NCBI GenBank assembly: GCA_024680755.1
Contig: JAILBT010000037.1
Span: forward strand, 3,768 to 67,767
DNA length: 64,000 nucleotides
DNA from: Prevotella sp.
Lineage (GTDB): Bacteria > Bacteroidota > Bacteroidia > Bacteroidales > Bacteroidaceae
Direction of reading: 5' to 3'
Part shown: positions 27,799 through 37,006 of the stretch, piece after piece
Numbering within the stretch: position 1 is the first letter of the stretch
How the letters are laid out: the number at the start of each line of letters is the position of its first letter
The notes under the pieces: model-generated
Told to the model about the DNA's origin: nothing
What the model saw: the letters and a program-made list of their open reading frames with translations, nothing else
Databases searched by the model: none
Position numbers and translations under genes: made by a program

Positions 27799-30000
27799 AT
27801 GAGGTTTATACATTATTTATATATGGTTCCGCTGGCCCTGTTCACTGCCTGCAACAGCAAGGAGGAACTCGTATCCAATGCCATAGAGCATCCCAACGGA
27901 GAGATACAACTCTCCGCAGGCATCGTGGAGGGCGGCAGTGCTGCGGTGACGAGGGCAGGGGCGGAGGATAACCACGGCAACCATCTCACCCTCACTGAGC
28001 ACACTAAGCTTGCTTTGCAGGTGAGTGGCACATGGACGGGGCATACTCCTTCGCCTGTTGTGCAAACCACTACCGCCACTGTCGGAAGTGAGACATCTAC
28101 AGGCAGCAAGCACAACAACCTCTCCTGCTCTCCCGTGCTATATTGGGATGACTATGGAACTGCTGACCACACAAATGCTTCGACTGGTCGTACGGAAGGT
28201 CTTACCATCTATGGCGTGGCTATTGATGGATATAAGAATGGAGAGGATTTCGAACTGCCATCTTCTCTTACCAATATTAGCAATTGGGAAGCCCTTGATT
28301 GGACTTTAACTGCAGACCAAACTAGCGGTGAAAATATTCCTGCAAAGAAAGACTTGTTGGTATCCAATAATGTGACTGGTGAAAATGCGGACGCAGATGA
28401 CCAACTTGATCACGGGCGGTATCTGTTTGAGAAACGTACGGTAGGTAAACTCTTAGAGTTCAAACATGCGTTGAGCAAGATAACCGTCAACCTGACGGCA
28501 GGAGAGGGCTTCCCTGCAAGCGGCTTTGAAAAAACCGAAGTGAAGCTGGTTAATAAGGAAGGGACTACGACGGAGACTGATAGCTGGGCCTACACTCAAG
28601 GTACGGTGAATATACATACAGGTGGAGTAACAAAGACGGATGCTACAAACAAAGTCATTACTATGTATGGCGGTTCATCTACTGGTGGGACTACAGCACA
28701 GCACGTAGCATTGGTAATTCCAGGCAGCGCGTTTGCCAGCGACAATGCTGTCATCGCCAAAATCAAAGCCGACGGGAACATCTACTACGTCAAGGCGAAG
28801 GAGATACGCACGGCCATCGACGGCGTGAACCATGACTCAGGTGGAGCCTACCCCACCGAGGCAGGCAAGAACTATGTGCTGAAGATCATCGTCAACAAGA
28901 CCGACATTCAGGTGACGGCCACCGTCACCAACTGGGTGGATGTCAATGCCGTCGAGGAGGAACCGGTCATCAACGTCAATGCCGATTGGGGCGCTTCGGG
29001 CGACCCCACCACGAATACCTTCAGCTTCTACCGCAGCACGTCGGTCAACAACGGTTACAGCACAGGGCTGAAGACGGGCGACTACTATCCGTACGAAAGC
29101 ACCGTCAGCAAGGTAGGCGATGGGTGGACCATGTCCTCGCGACTCTATTGGCCTACGCACGACACCCACTACCAGTTCCGTGGCGTGTGGCCCGCCACCG
29201 TGACGACTGCTGGCGAAGGAGTCCTCACGAGTCCGCGTGTGGAAGATGCTACTCACGACGAGGTTTATCAGGTCATCAAGGTCAAGAACGTGCCCTATGT
29301 GGCAGGCACGTTCCCCAGCGACCTGATGATAGGCCGGCCCGAGTTTGAGAAAGATGGGAGCGGCCACTATCCCACTTGTAACAACAGCGACCATTCGCCG
29401 ACCGACCTCTACAACGAAGGCATCTGCGCCACCGAGGGCAAGATCAACCTCAACTTCCGCTACATGATGTCGCAGGTGGAGGTGCGCCTCACCACCTCCG
29501 GTTCGACGGCTTCCGACCGAGTCAACTTGTCTGGCGCCGTGGTGGAAATCGTCAACGTATTCAACACAGGCGATGTGAAACTGGGCGATCGAGAGGTGCT
29601 GACCACAGGCGACAAGGGCAACTACACACTGGACGCAGTTGCCAATGTGCCAGACGACCCAGCCACTCTGGATGTGGACGAAAGTGTGGACAACTCGAAC
29701 AAACGCTGGAGCGCCATCGTGCCCCAGTCGCTCGCTTACACCTCGTCGCAGCACGAGAACAACATGAAGTTCAAGATCACCATCACCAATGCCGATAGTT
29801 CTACGGATGTCTACTATGCCGACATCCAGCCCATCCCCGTGCTGGAGGAAGACGCAGAGGGTCCAGCCGCCCCAACGACCCACTGGGTTTCGGGCAAGCA
29901 CTACATCTACACCCTCCACCTGACGAAGACCGAGGTGCAGGTCACTGCCACGCTGACCGACTGGAAGAAGGTGGAGGCCAGCCAGAACGTCTGGTTCTAA
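27799..30000 (+). CDS. Double-length fimbrillin-like lipoprotein 5
   Basis: FTAC, VTRA, LYWDD, FKHALSKI, VTATVTNW mid and VTATLTDW end. Confidence 0.8.
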   Translation: MRFIHYLYMVPLALFTACNSKEELVSNAIEHPNGEIQLSAGIVEGGSAAVTRAGAEDNHGNHLTLTEHTKLALQVSGTWTGHTPSPVVQTTTATVGSETSTGSKHNNLSCSPVLYWDDYGTADHTNASTGRTEGLTIYGVAIDGYKNGEDFELPSSLTNISNWEALDWTLTADQTSGENIPAKKDLLVSNNVTGENADADDQLDHGRYLFEKRTVGKLLEFKHALSKITVNLTAGEGFPASGFEKTEVKLVNKEGTTTETDSWAYTQGTVNIHTGGVTKTDATNKVITMYGGSSTGGTTAQHVALVIPGSAFASDNAVIAKIKADGNIYYVKAKEIRTAIDGVNHDSGGAYPTEAGKNYVLKIIVNKTDIQVTATVTNWVDVNAVEEEPVINVNADWGASGDPTTNTFSFYRSTSVNNGYSTGLKTGDYYPYESTVSKVGDGWTMSSRLYWPTHDTHYQFRGVWPATVTTAGEGVLTSPRVEDATHDEVYQVIKVKNVPYVAGTFPSDLMIGRPEFEKDGSGHYPTCNNSDHSPTDLYNEGICATEGKINLNFRYMMSQVEVRLTTSGSTASDRVNLSGAVVEIVNVFNTGDVKLGDREVLTTGDKGNYTLDAVANVPDDPATLDVDESVDNSNKRWSAIVPQSLAYTSSQHENNMKFKITITNADSSTDVYYADIQPIPVLEEDAEGPAAPTTHWVSGKHYIYTLHLTKTEVQVTATLTDWKKVEASQNVWF

Positions 30001-30030
30001 TTTCACTGTTAAAACGACCACACAGGAAAG

Positions 30031-32247
30031 ATGAACAGAATACTGAAAGCATTTTACGCTGGCGCAACCCTGCTGATACTGGGATGCGCCGCCGAAGACA
30101 AACTCAGCGACAACACCTTGCCGGGCGAAGAGAAGACGCCGCTGCGCGTCGAGGCCACACTTGCCGCAGACAACGCCCTGACACGCGCCGAAGGGAAGCA
30201 GTTTGAGGCGGGCGACGTGCTGCTGGCATACCTGCGGCACACCACGGGAGGCAGCAAGGGAGGCTATACCACCACCGCCGCCGACAAGGCGCCGCTGCTG
30301 GCGGCCTTCAAGAAGGGCTCCGCGACGATGGCCGGTGACGCCACCAAGCTGGAGACGGCAGACCTCACCTCGGTGCTGCCCAACGACCCGACGACACCCG
30401 CCCCACTCTATTGGGACGACTTCAGCAACTCCGCCACCACCGCCACCTACCTGCGCACCTCCGGCCACGGGCTGCAGTCCTTCTACGGCTATTGCTTCAA
30501 TGGCGGCGCCACGTCGACCGACGGGTCCGCCACAGGCGGAAACCTCACCACCGCCCTTGACCCCGCCGCCGGCACCCTCGGCTGGACGCTCCCCACGACG
30601 CAGAACACCGCCGCCATCGTCAAGGGCTCCGACCTGCTGTGGTCGGCAGAACAGGAGACCGTGGTCTACAACCACAACACGACGCAGGCCGCCGACCACA
30701 GCACGCTGACCATCCCTTACACCCACGCCATGAGTCAGGTGACGGTGACCATTATAGCCAACGATGGATTCAGTACTACTACCAACCCATTGGCTTCCAC
30801 TACGCTCACGCTGAACGCCATGAACACCGTGGCATCCCTGACGGCTCCCACAGGCGGCTATAGCAGCACTACGCCAGCAGCTGTGACAATGTATCGCGCT
30901 GACAACTCGTACAAAAAGGAAGGTGAGGATGTGTACAGGCGTGACTTCACAGCCATCGTGGCTCCCGGCACCAAGCTGACGGCGGGCACTAAGCTGCTTG
31001 ACATCACGAATGTTGAAGACAACAACTACAAGCTGAACATCACCGCTGCCATATTGGCTGCGGGAGCAGGCAAATGGCTCAGCCAGCTTAATGAAAAGAC
31101 CGACGCCGGCACTTACTACGAAACAAAGCCCGGCGTGAACTACCATCTCGACGTCACCGTAAACAAGACGAAGATAGAGGTGGTGGCTACCATTCAGGAC
31201 TGGACTACTGTCAATGCTACGGGTACGGGCGAGATACAGTTCGACAACGACATCGTGACACTCGACGTAACGGGCAACAGCTTTGCCGACAACTCTTCTT
31301 TCAGTCTCTTTCAGCGCGGAAGTACCGTAACGGGAACGACGAACGACAACTATGCCTTCACCACCGTTTCTGAATACAGCGCAACAGAGACGAAGTGGAC
31401 GAACAGCCACACCATCTACTGGCCCAACAAGAGCACCAGCTACTTCTTCCGTGCACTGGCTAAGTTAGACGGTACGGACGCTAATAAGATAATAAGCGTT
31501 GGAACCTATGACACTGATAAGGGCACTGCCGTGACTCAGGGCACCATCGCCGATGGCCATGATATCCTTTGGGCAACGACACCGGCACACAACCGGCACG
31601 GAGAAGAAGGGTCCTACACATACGACTACGATCGTGGTGCAGCTATCGCTCCGCGCACAGGCAACGTGCCCCTGGCTTTCGAGCACGCCATGAGTAAGGT
31701 GACGTTTATCCTTGAGACCTCGGGTGCAGAGGATGATACTGCTACACCCGAGTATGCCCCGGTGGACGATAACAACGCCAAGGTGGACCTCCGCAATGCT
31801 ACCATCAGCATCAGCAACCTCTATACCGGTGGAAACATCAGCATCGACGACGGCTCCATCGCCCCGAGTGACAACAACACGGACGATGGTGACGGACCTG
31901 CTGACGGCAGAACTGTAGCTGCCATCTCAAGAACGGCCACGAGCGACAACCTGGTGAAACGTCTCACGGTCATCGACCAGTACATAGTGATTCCCCAGAA
32001 CATAGGCAACGATGCTGTCATTACTATTACGCTGAAGGACCAGAGCGATAACGTGACCGCTACCTACAAGCTGAATCTGAACGAGTGTCTGGTGAGTGGC
32101 AGCACGACCTCCATCACCCAGTGGCAGCGCGGTCAACACTACATCTACACCATCCACATCGAGAAGGAGCAGATTACCTTCCGCGTCCTCATCAAGGAAT
32201 GGGAGGAAAAGCAGGGCAGCGGCAACGCCAACCTGGAGTGGGACTGA
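30031..32247 (+). CDS. Double-length fimbrillin-like lipoprotein 6
   Basis: ILGC, LTRA, LYWDD, HAMSQV and HAMSKV (two modules), ATIQDW mid and LIKEW end. Confidence 0.8.
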   Translation: MNRILKAFYAGATLLILGCAAEDKLSDNTLPGEEKTPLRVEATLAADNALTRAEGKQFEAGDVLLAYLRHTTGGSKGGYTTTAADKAPLLAAFKKGSATMAGDATKLETADLTSVLPNDPTTPAPLYWDDFSNSATTATYLRTSGHGLQSFYGYCFNGGATSTDGSATGGNLTTALDPAAGTLGWTLPTTQNTAAIVKGSDLLWSAEQETVVYNHNTTQAADHSTLTIPYTHAMSQVTVTIIANDGFSTTTNPLASTTLTLNAMNTVASLTAPTGGYSSTTPAAVTMYRADNSYKKEGEDVYRRDFTAIVAPGTKLTAGTKLLDITNVEDNNYKLNITAAILAAGAGKWLSQLNEKTDAGTYYETKPGVNYHLDVTVNKTKIEVVATIQDWTTVNATGTGEIQFDNDIVTLDVTGNSFADNSSFSLFQRGSTVTGTTNDNYAFTTVSEYSATETKWTNSHTIYWPNKSTSYFFRALAKLDGTDANKIISVGTYDTDKGTAVTQGTIADGHDILWATTPAHNRHGEEGSYTYDYDRGAAIAPRTGNVPLAFEHAMSKVTFILETSGAEDDTATPEYAPVDDNNAKVDLRNATISISNLYTGGNISIDDGSIAPSDNNTDDGDGPADGRTVAAISRTATSDNLVKRLTVIDQYIVIPQNIGNDAVITITLKDQSDNVTATYKLNLNECLVSGSTTSITQWQRGQHYIYTIHIEKEQITFRVLIKEWEEKQGSGNANLEWD

Positions 32248-32289
32248 TGGAGTTGAGAGTTGATAGTTGACAGTTAAAGAATTGAAGAA

Positions 32290-33852
32290 TTGAAGACGAT
32301 TAATGACATATTGCTTATTGGTGTGGTGATGCTTTTGGCAGGTTGCACGGACGATGTCACCCTGACGAATGAGCATCAGGGGGCGGGTACCACAGAGCTG
32401 ACAGGCCAGCCCGTGCTGTTCTCGTCGGGCAGCGAGCAGCCGTCGCTGACGCGCGCCGGCGTGCCCTACATGGCCAAGGACGGGCGCTTCGTCTGCACCA
32501 TGTACTACCACGCCAAGTCCTCCGACACAGATGAAAGTCCCTTTGATATCGGCGACGTCAGCGACGGTGGAACGATGACCACCTCGTGGCTCAGGGTGAA
32601 CAACAACGTGGGCAACTCCGTTTACCGAAAGCCTGGTTTCACAGAGCCGGAAGCCGAAGCCACCGACGACTACGGTTTTGACAAGGGAGCCACCATATTC
32701 TACTGGCAGAACCGTCTGCCGCATGCTTTCCTTGCCCTGGCCGACTACCATCAGCTGAAAACGAACGACGGCGCGGCAACCACTCAGGGGAAGCTGAAGC
32801 TCTATCCCGACTGGGACAAAGATTTCTCCGCATTGCCCGTCGCGCCTGAAGAGGCCACCGAAGCGCAGTTGGCCGCCTACGCTAACACAGCTGCCAATGG
32901 TCGCTATGCCAACACCTACGATCTGACCCGGGGTGGCGAATGGGCCGTGAAAGACAAGCTGGACGGCGAAGGCCAACCCGTAAAAGATGCCAACGGCAAA
33001 ACGGTGAAGGAACTCTACCAAAAGGAGTCTTATACGCTCAACGCGTTCAATGCCCAGCCCGACCCCATCCTTGCCCTGACCATCATGAAGCCTGAGGGCT
33101 CCACGCAGGAGGCCAACCGCGTACGCCTCTATTTCAAGCACCAGTTCTCGCAGATACAGGTCAATGTCAAGTCAGCCGAGGACAACGCCATCAGTGCCGA
33201 CAAGATTGAGAGGGTCGAGCTTTTAGGCGTATCGACAGAAGGCTACGTCTGCTGCCGCCTTAATGCCAACGGCACGGTAGGCATAGGCACCAAGCCGCTC
33301 GGCAACACCCTAAAGGACGCTCAAAATAATACTGTCAAGAACGATCAGGGCGAGGATGTCCTGGACGAAGACATCATGCTCGGCTCCGCCTCGGCAAAGG
33401 CTGTTAACCTTGAGGACTATGATGACGACTACCTGGCGTTCAACGAGTGGGGCACCTCCTTCGAGATGTTCGATATGGCCGGCGGCGATGAAGACGGCAA
33501 CGGCGTTGCCGACGGCACCGATGCCTATACCGTTGGCTATCTCCGGTCGTTCAATGCCATCGCCTTCGGTCATCTGATGGCCATCCGCGTCACCTGGCGC
33601 GAGGGCGATACTGCTGAGAATCCCGTCGTGAGGCATGTCTGCACATACAAGGTGCCTGAGGACAATAGCAAGCTCCCGGGCATGGAGAACAGCGACCGCC
33701 CCATTGTGAAGCTGCAGGAGCTCCAGAGCAGCATGAAGTACATCTACAATCTGGAGCTGCGCAGTGGCACCTTGGCCGTTATCCGCACAACGGTCATCCC
33801 CTGGGAGCAGAAGGATGAGCTGGTGTATGACCAGAAGGGAACCATCCAATGA
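32290..33852 (+). CDS. Fimbrillin-like lipoprotein 7 (TTG start)
   Basis: LAGC, LTRA, FYWQN, LYFKHQFSQI, KYIYNLEL, VIPWEQ. Confidence 0.75.
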   Translation: MKTINDILLIGVVMLLAGCTDDVTLTNEHQGAGTTELTGQPVLFSSGSEQPSLTRAGVPYMAKDGRFVCTMYYHAKSSDTDESPFDIGDVSDGGTMTTSWLRVNNNVGNSVYRKPGFTEPEAEATDDYGFDKGATIFYWQNRLPHAFLALADYHQLKTNDGAATTQGKLKLYPDWDKDFSALPVAPEEATEAQLAAYANTAANGRYANTYDLTRGGEWAVKDKLDGEGQPVKDANGKTVKELYQKESYTLNAFNAQPDPILALTIMKPEGSTQEANRVRLYFKHQFSQIQVNVKSAEDNAISADKIERVELLGVSTEGYVCCRLNANGTVGIGTKPLGNTLKDAQNNTVKNDQGEDVLDEDIMLGSASAKAVNLEDYDDDYLAFNEWGTSFEMFDMAGGDEDGNGVADGTDAYTVGYLRSFNAIAFGHLMAIRVTWREGDTAENPVVRHVCTYKVPEDNSKLPGMENSDRPIVKLQELQSSMKYIYNLELRSGTLAVIRTTVIPWEQKDELVYDQKGTIQ

Positions 33853-33880
33853 AATGTAAAACATTTGCTATCATCGCAGA

Positions 33881-36800
33881 ATGAAGAGAATGACATACAT
33901 ACTGACTTGGCTCATCGTCGTGGCACTTGCTGTGGCGGGCTGCAAGGAGGACACGCTGCTGTCGCCCTATTCCGGTGGCGACGACATCCAGGCCGGCGAG
34001 GCCGTGCTGTTCTCCACCTACTTGCCCGGCAAAGCCCAGACAAGAGCTTCGGCTGAGGAGACTGCCTTCGGAAACAGAATGAACAGCTACAAGGCTGTGG
34101 CCGACGACTATGAGTTCACCGTCGAGATGTTTGAGCAAGGCATCACCCCCGCCCTGGGCAGCAGCGTTTATCTGCCCACTGCCGATGCTGAGTCTTCTAC
34201 CGGCTATGCTGCCGACGGTACGCTGACGGTGAAAGAAGGCGTAGCGCCGCTCTATTGGCCGAGCACGAAGAAGGCATACGGTTTCCATGCCGTGGCAGGG
34301 AATGTCACGTTAGACACCGACCAGACAACAGCCAAGAAAGTGTTTCAGCAAGACCGTGTAGAGGGTTACGGCTTCGTCCCCGTCTGGAACAGTGAGGCAA
34401 CACCCGAGGCACCCAAATATGAGGAGGAGGCCATCAACTACCTGACACCCAAAGAGTGGAAGGACGCCAACGTGAGTTTAGGCCTTGCGTCGGCCACAGA
34501 CTATAAGAAGATACCCCTCTACCTGCGCCACCAGCGTTCAAAGATTACCATAATCCTCAAGGCCGGCGAGGGTGTCAGGCGTTCGGACCTGTCCTTTGCC
34601 ACTGCCGCCAGCAATATCCACACAAAGATTAACAGCTATGCCGTGGTAGAGGGCCAAAAGGTGAAGACAGAGATACAGCCCTTTGCCGAGGAGCATATCA
34701 TCAATTACGGTACGGCTGAAGAGCCCGACAACGTAAGCTCCACCAAATACACTGCCATCGTGGAGCCTTGGGACTTTCTTACGGGCGCCACCGATGATGT
34801 CATAGCCGACATACGCCTGTCAAGCCAGCACTTCACGTTCTATGCCAGCAACGACAGCGAGTATGGCCATTACAACATCTCGCCGGTTCCTGCTTCCGGG
34901 CAGGAGGGCTACGATACATACGAGACAGCCAGGGTCAAGATGGAGGGCTACAACCTCTTGCCCGGTCGTCACCTTACCATCATTGCCACCCTGAGCCGAG
35001 ATACGCGCAAGATAGTCATCACCGCCTACGTCGAGGACTGGGACGAGACCATCACCACCAGTATCGTCGACGACTATGGGCAGACAGGCAATCCGAAAGC
35101 CATCAACTCGCGTGCAGCCCTTATAGCCTTCCTCAATAGCGACGAGAACCGGCCGGGTAATGTGGCCATCATCGTCCCCAATTCCATCGACCTGGAAAAG
35201 ACAGACGAAGGAGTCGCCGACCCTTGGACAGGCACCTACATTCAGCCGCTCAACTGTACATTGAACATGGCCGGCGCCACGTTCTTCACCAATCATCAGG
35301 TGTTCTCCAGCATCACCGGGTTTGGCAACCTGGTCAACGGAACCATCTGCGTAGGCGACGACACGGCTGCCCCCGTTACAGCGTCGTTGGCCGCGAGCAA
35401 CTACGGCACCGTGGAGCGCATCGACGTGGTACCTAAGGACGCTAATGGATACCATTCCGACGGTTATGCCACACGCGCCGGCCTGGTGGTGGAAAACTAT
35501 GGCACCATCACCGACTGCACGTCGGAGCTGCCTGTCAAAGGGCCGGCCGACTTCAACGGCTTTGTGGGAGGCATAGCGGCCCGCTCCACTTACTACATAC
35601 CTGAAGACAATACCAAGACAGCCAAGATGCCCGTCATCGACGGCTGTACGGTCAACGCCAGTGTTGATGGCGGTGAGTCGACAAAAGGCGGCGGCATCGT
35701 GGGCGAAGCCCTCGGGCGTGTCACCAACAACACCTTCGTCTATGGCATCACCCTCTTGCAGGATCATGACGATTTTGAGAACATCGTGCAGTCGAAGGCC
35801 TCTCAAGCTGGTTATGGCCTCCGCGCATACGGCAATGCGTGGCCTACGAAGGCCACCAATGCCCTGGACGGCGATACGCCCAATGCCAACACCACCCCCG
35901 CGGCCGACCGCTATGATGCCGTGATAGACCGCCAGGCAGAATTGGCGGCTTTGCTTGGAAATTCTACCGATGGATATGGTAACAATGCCATTGATAAGGT
36001 TTACCGCTTGTCGAACAGTTTTGAAGTGACGGGATGGAATTACGGCACGAAGCAAGACGTGTTTAATGAGTCTGGCGGCAATGTTCTGTTCAAGCTCGAC
36101 GGCAACAACCACACCATCACCACCGACGGCATGCTCTTCAGCAACATTCTGAACGATATGAGCAACCTGACCGTAGAATTGAGCCGCGACCTGATAGCCA
36201 CCCCTGATGGCGGTTACGATGCTGTGGCTGCCCTTGCCTATGCTGTTTGTGGCAGGAAGAGCGGAGAGACCATCACTCCGGTGAGAATCAGCAATATTCA
36301 GGTGAAGGGAGGCAATCACCGCATGCAGGCTGCCACCGTTGGCGGTATAGTGGTGTGGGCTTTCAACCAGGCAGTCATTGACAACTGCAAGTGCAAGGCC
36401 AGTCTGCAGGTGTGGCAGCAGGGCGAGCTTGCCACAGGTGTACGTAGCTACTCTGGCGGCATCGTTGCCTGTGCCATCGATGCGACAATAACGCGCTGCC
36501 AGTTCTATTCCTACGAAGTGGGTGCTCACAACGACAATTACACCCTCTTCAGGAATAAGGCCGAGACGTATAATGCCCAATATGTGGTGCCTGAAACGAC
36601 TGCTTCTACCAGAATCTACTATGGAGGCATCGTAGGCGGTACGACCACCAAGTCGACTGTCAGCCAGACACCACCATCCGTGCTGATAACCGACTGCTCC
36701 AGTTGGTACGCCACCACGCTGAACAACAAAGACCTGTACAATGGCAACTACCAGGGGGCGATTGTGGGCTTTGCACAGTATGCCACTGACACCGAAGGCA

Positions 36801-36988
36801 GTGCCTTTGCCAACGGACTGCGAGAGGGCTGCGAGGGCAACTGGTGGCCCACGGCAAGCGACGGCATAGGTACGCATATTAATGGCAAGAGCATAGAGCA
36901 GCTGCTTGGTAAGCCCAACAGCGTCACGCCGTCGGAGGACAGGACCTACGACCCCGTCAGCAGTGTGAATTGGATAAGCAGCAACTGA
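33881..36988 (+). CDS. Large pilin-like lipoprotein 8 with C-terminal GLUG/beta-helix-like adhesin region
   Basis: VAGC, QTRA, LYWP, LRHQRSKI, AYVEDWDE, then repeated GGIVG/GGIAA motifs. Confidence 0.7.
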   Translation: MKRMTYILTWLIVVALAVAGCKEDTLLSPYSGGDDIQAGEAVLFSTYLPGKAQTRASAEETAFGNRMNSYKAVADDYEFTVEMFEQGITPALGSSVYLPTADAESSTGYAADGTLTVKEGVAPLYWPSTKKAYGFHAVAGNVTLDTDQTTAKKVFQQDRVEGYGFVPVWNSEATPEAPKYEEEAINYLTPKEWKDANVSLGLASATDYKKIPLYLRHQRSKITIILKAGEGVRRSDLSFATAASNIHTKINSYAVVEGQKVKTEIQPFAEEHIINYGTAEEPDNVSSTKYTAIVEPWDFLTGATDDVIADIRLSSQHFTFYASNDSEYGHYNISPVPASGQEGYDTYETARVKMEGYNLLPGRHLTIIATLSRDTRKIVITAYVEDWDETITTSIVDDYGQTGNPKAINSRAALIAFLNSDENRPGNVAIIVPNSIDLEKTDEGVADPWTGTYIQPLNCTLNMAGATFFTNHQVFSSITGFGNLVNGTICVGDDTAAPVTASLAASNYGTVERIDVVPKDANGYHSDGYATRAGLVVENYGTITDCTSELPVKGPADFNGFVGGIAARSTYYIPEDNTKTAKMPVIDGCTVNASVDGGESTKGGGIVGEALGRVTNNTFVYGITLLQDHDDFENIVQSKASQAGYGLRAYGNAWPTKATNALDGDTPNANTTPAADRYDAVIDRQAELAALLGNSTDGYGNNAIDKVYRLSNSFEVTGWNYGTKQDVFNESGGNVLFKLDGNNHTITTDGMLFSNILNDMSNLTVELSRDLIATPDGGYDAVAALAYAVCGRKSGETITPVRISNIQVKGGNHRMQAATVGGIVVWAFNQAVIDNCKCKASLQVWQQGELATGVRSYSGGIVACAIDATITRCQFYSYEVGAHNDNYTLFRNKAETYNAQYVVPETTASTRIYYGGIVGGTTTKSTVSQTPPSVLITDCSSWYATTLNNKDLYNGNYQGAIVGFAQYATDTEGSAFANGLREGCEGNWWPTASDGIGTHINGKSIEQLLGKPNSVTPSEDRTYDPVSSVNWISSN

Positions 36989-37006
36989 CAACAGAAGTAA
37001 AGAACG

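Noticed and set aside
28837-31410. Long antisense ORFs (also 34820-36991, 49324-50871, 51250-52701, 58183-59823, 87-860)
   Set aside because: Shadows of GC-rich genes on the opposite strand; no recognisable motifs and full overlap with well-supported CDSs.
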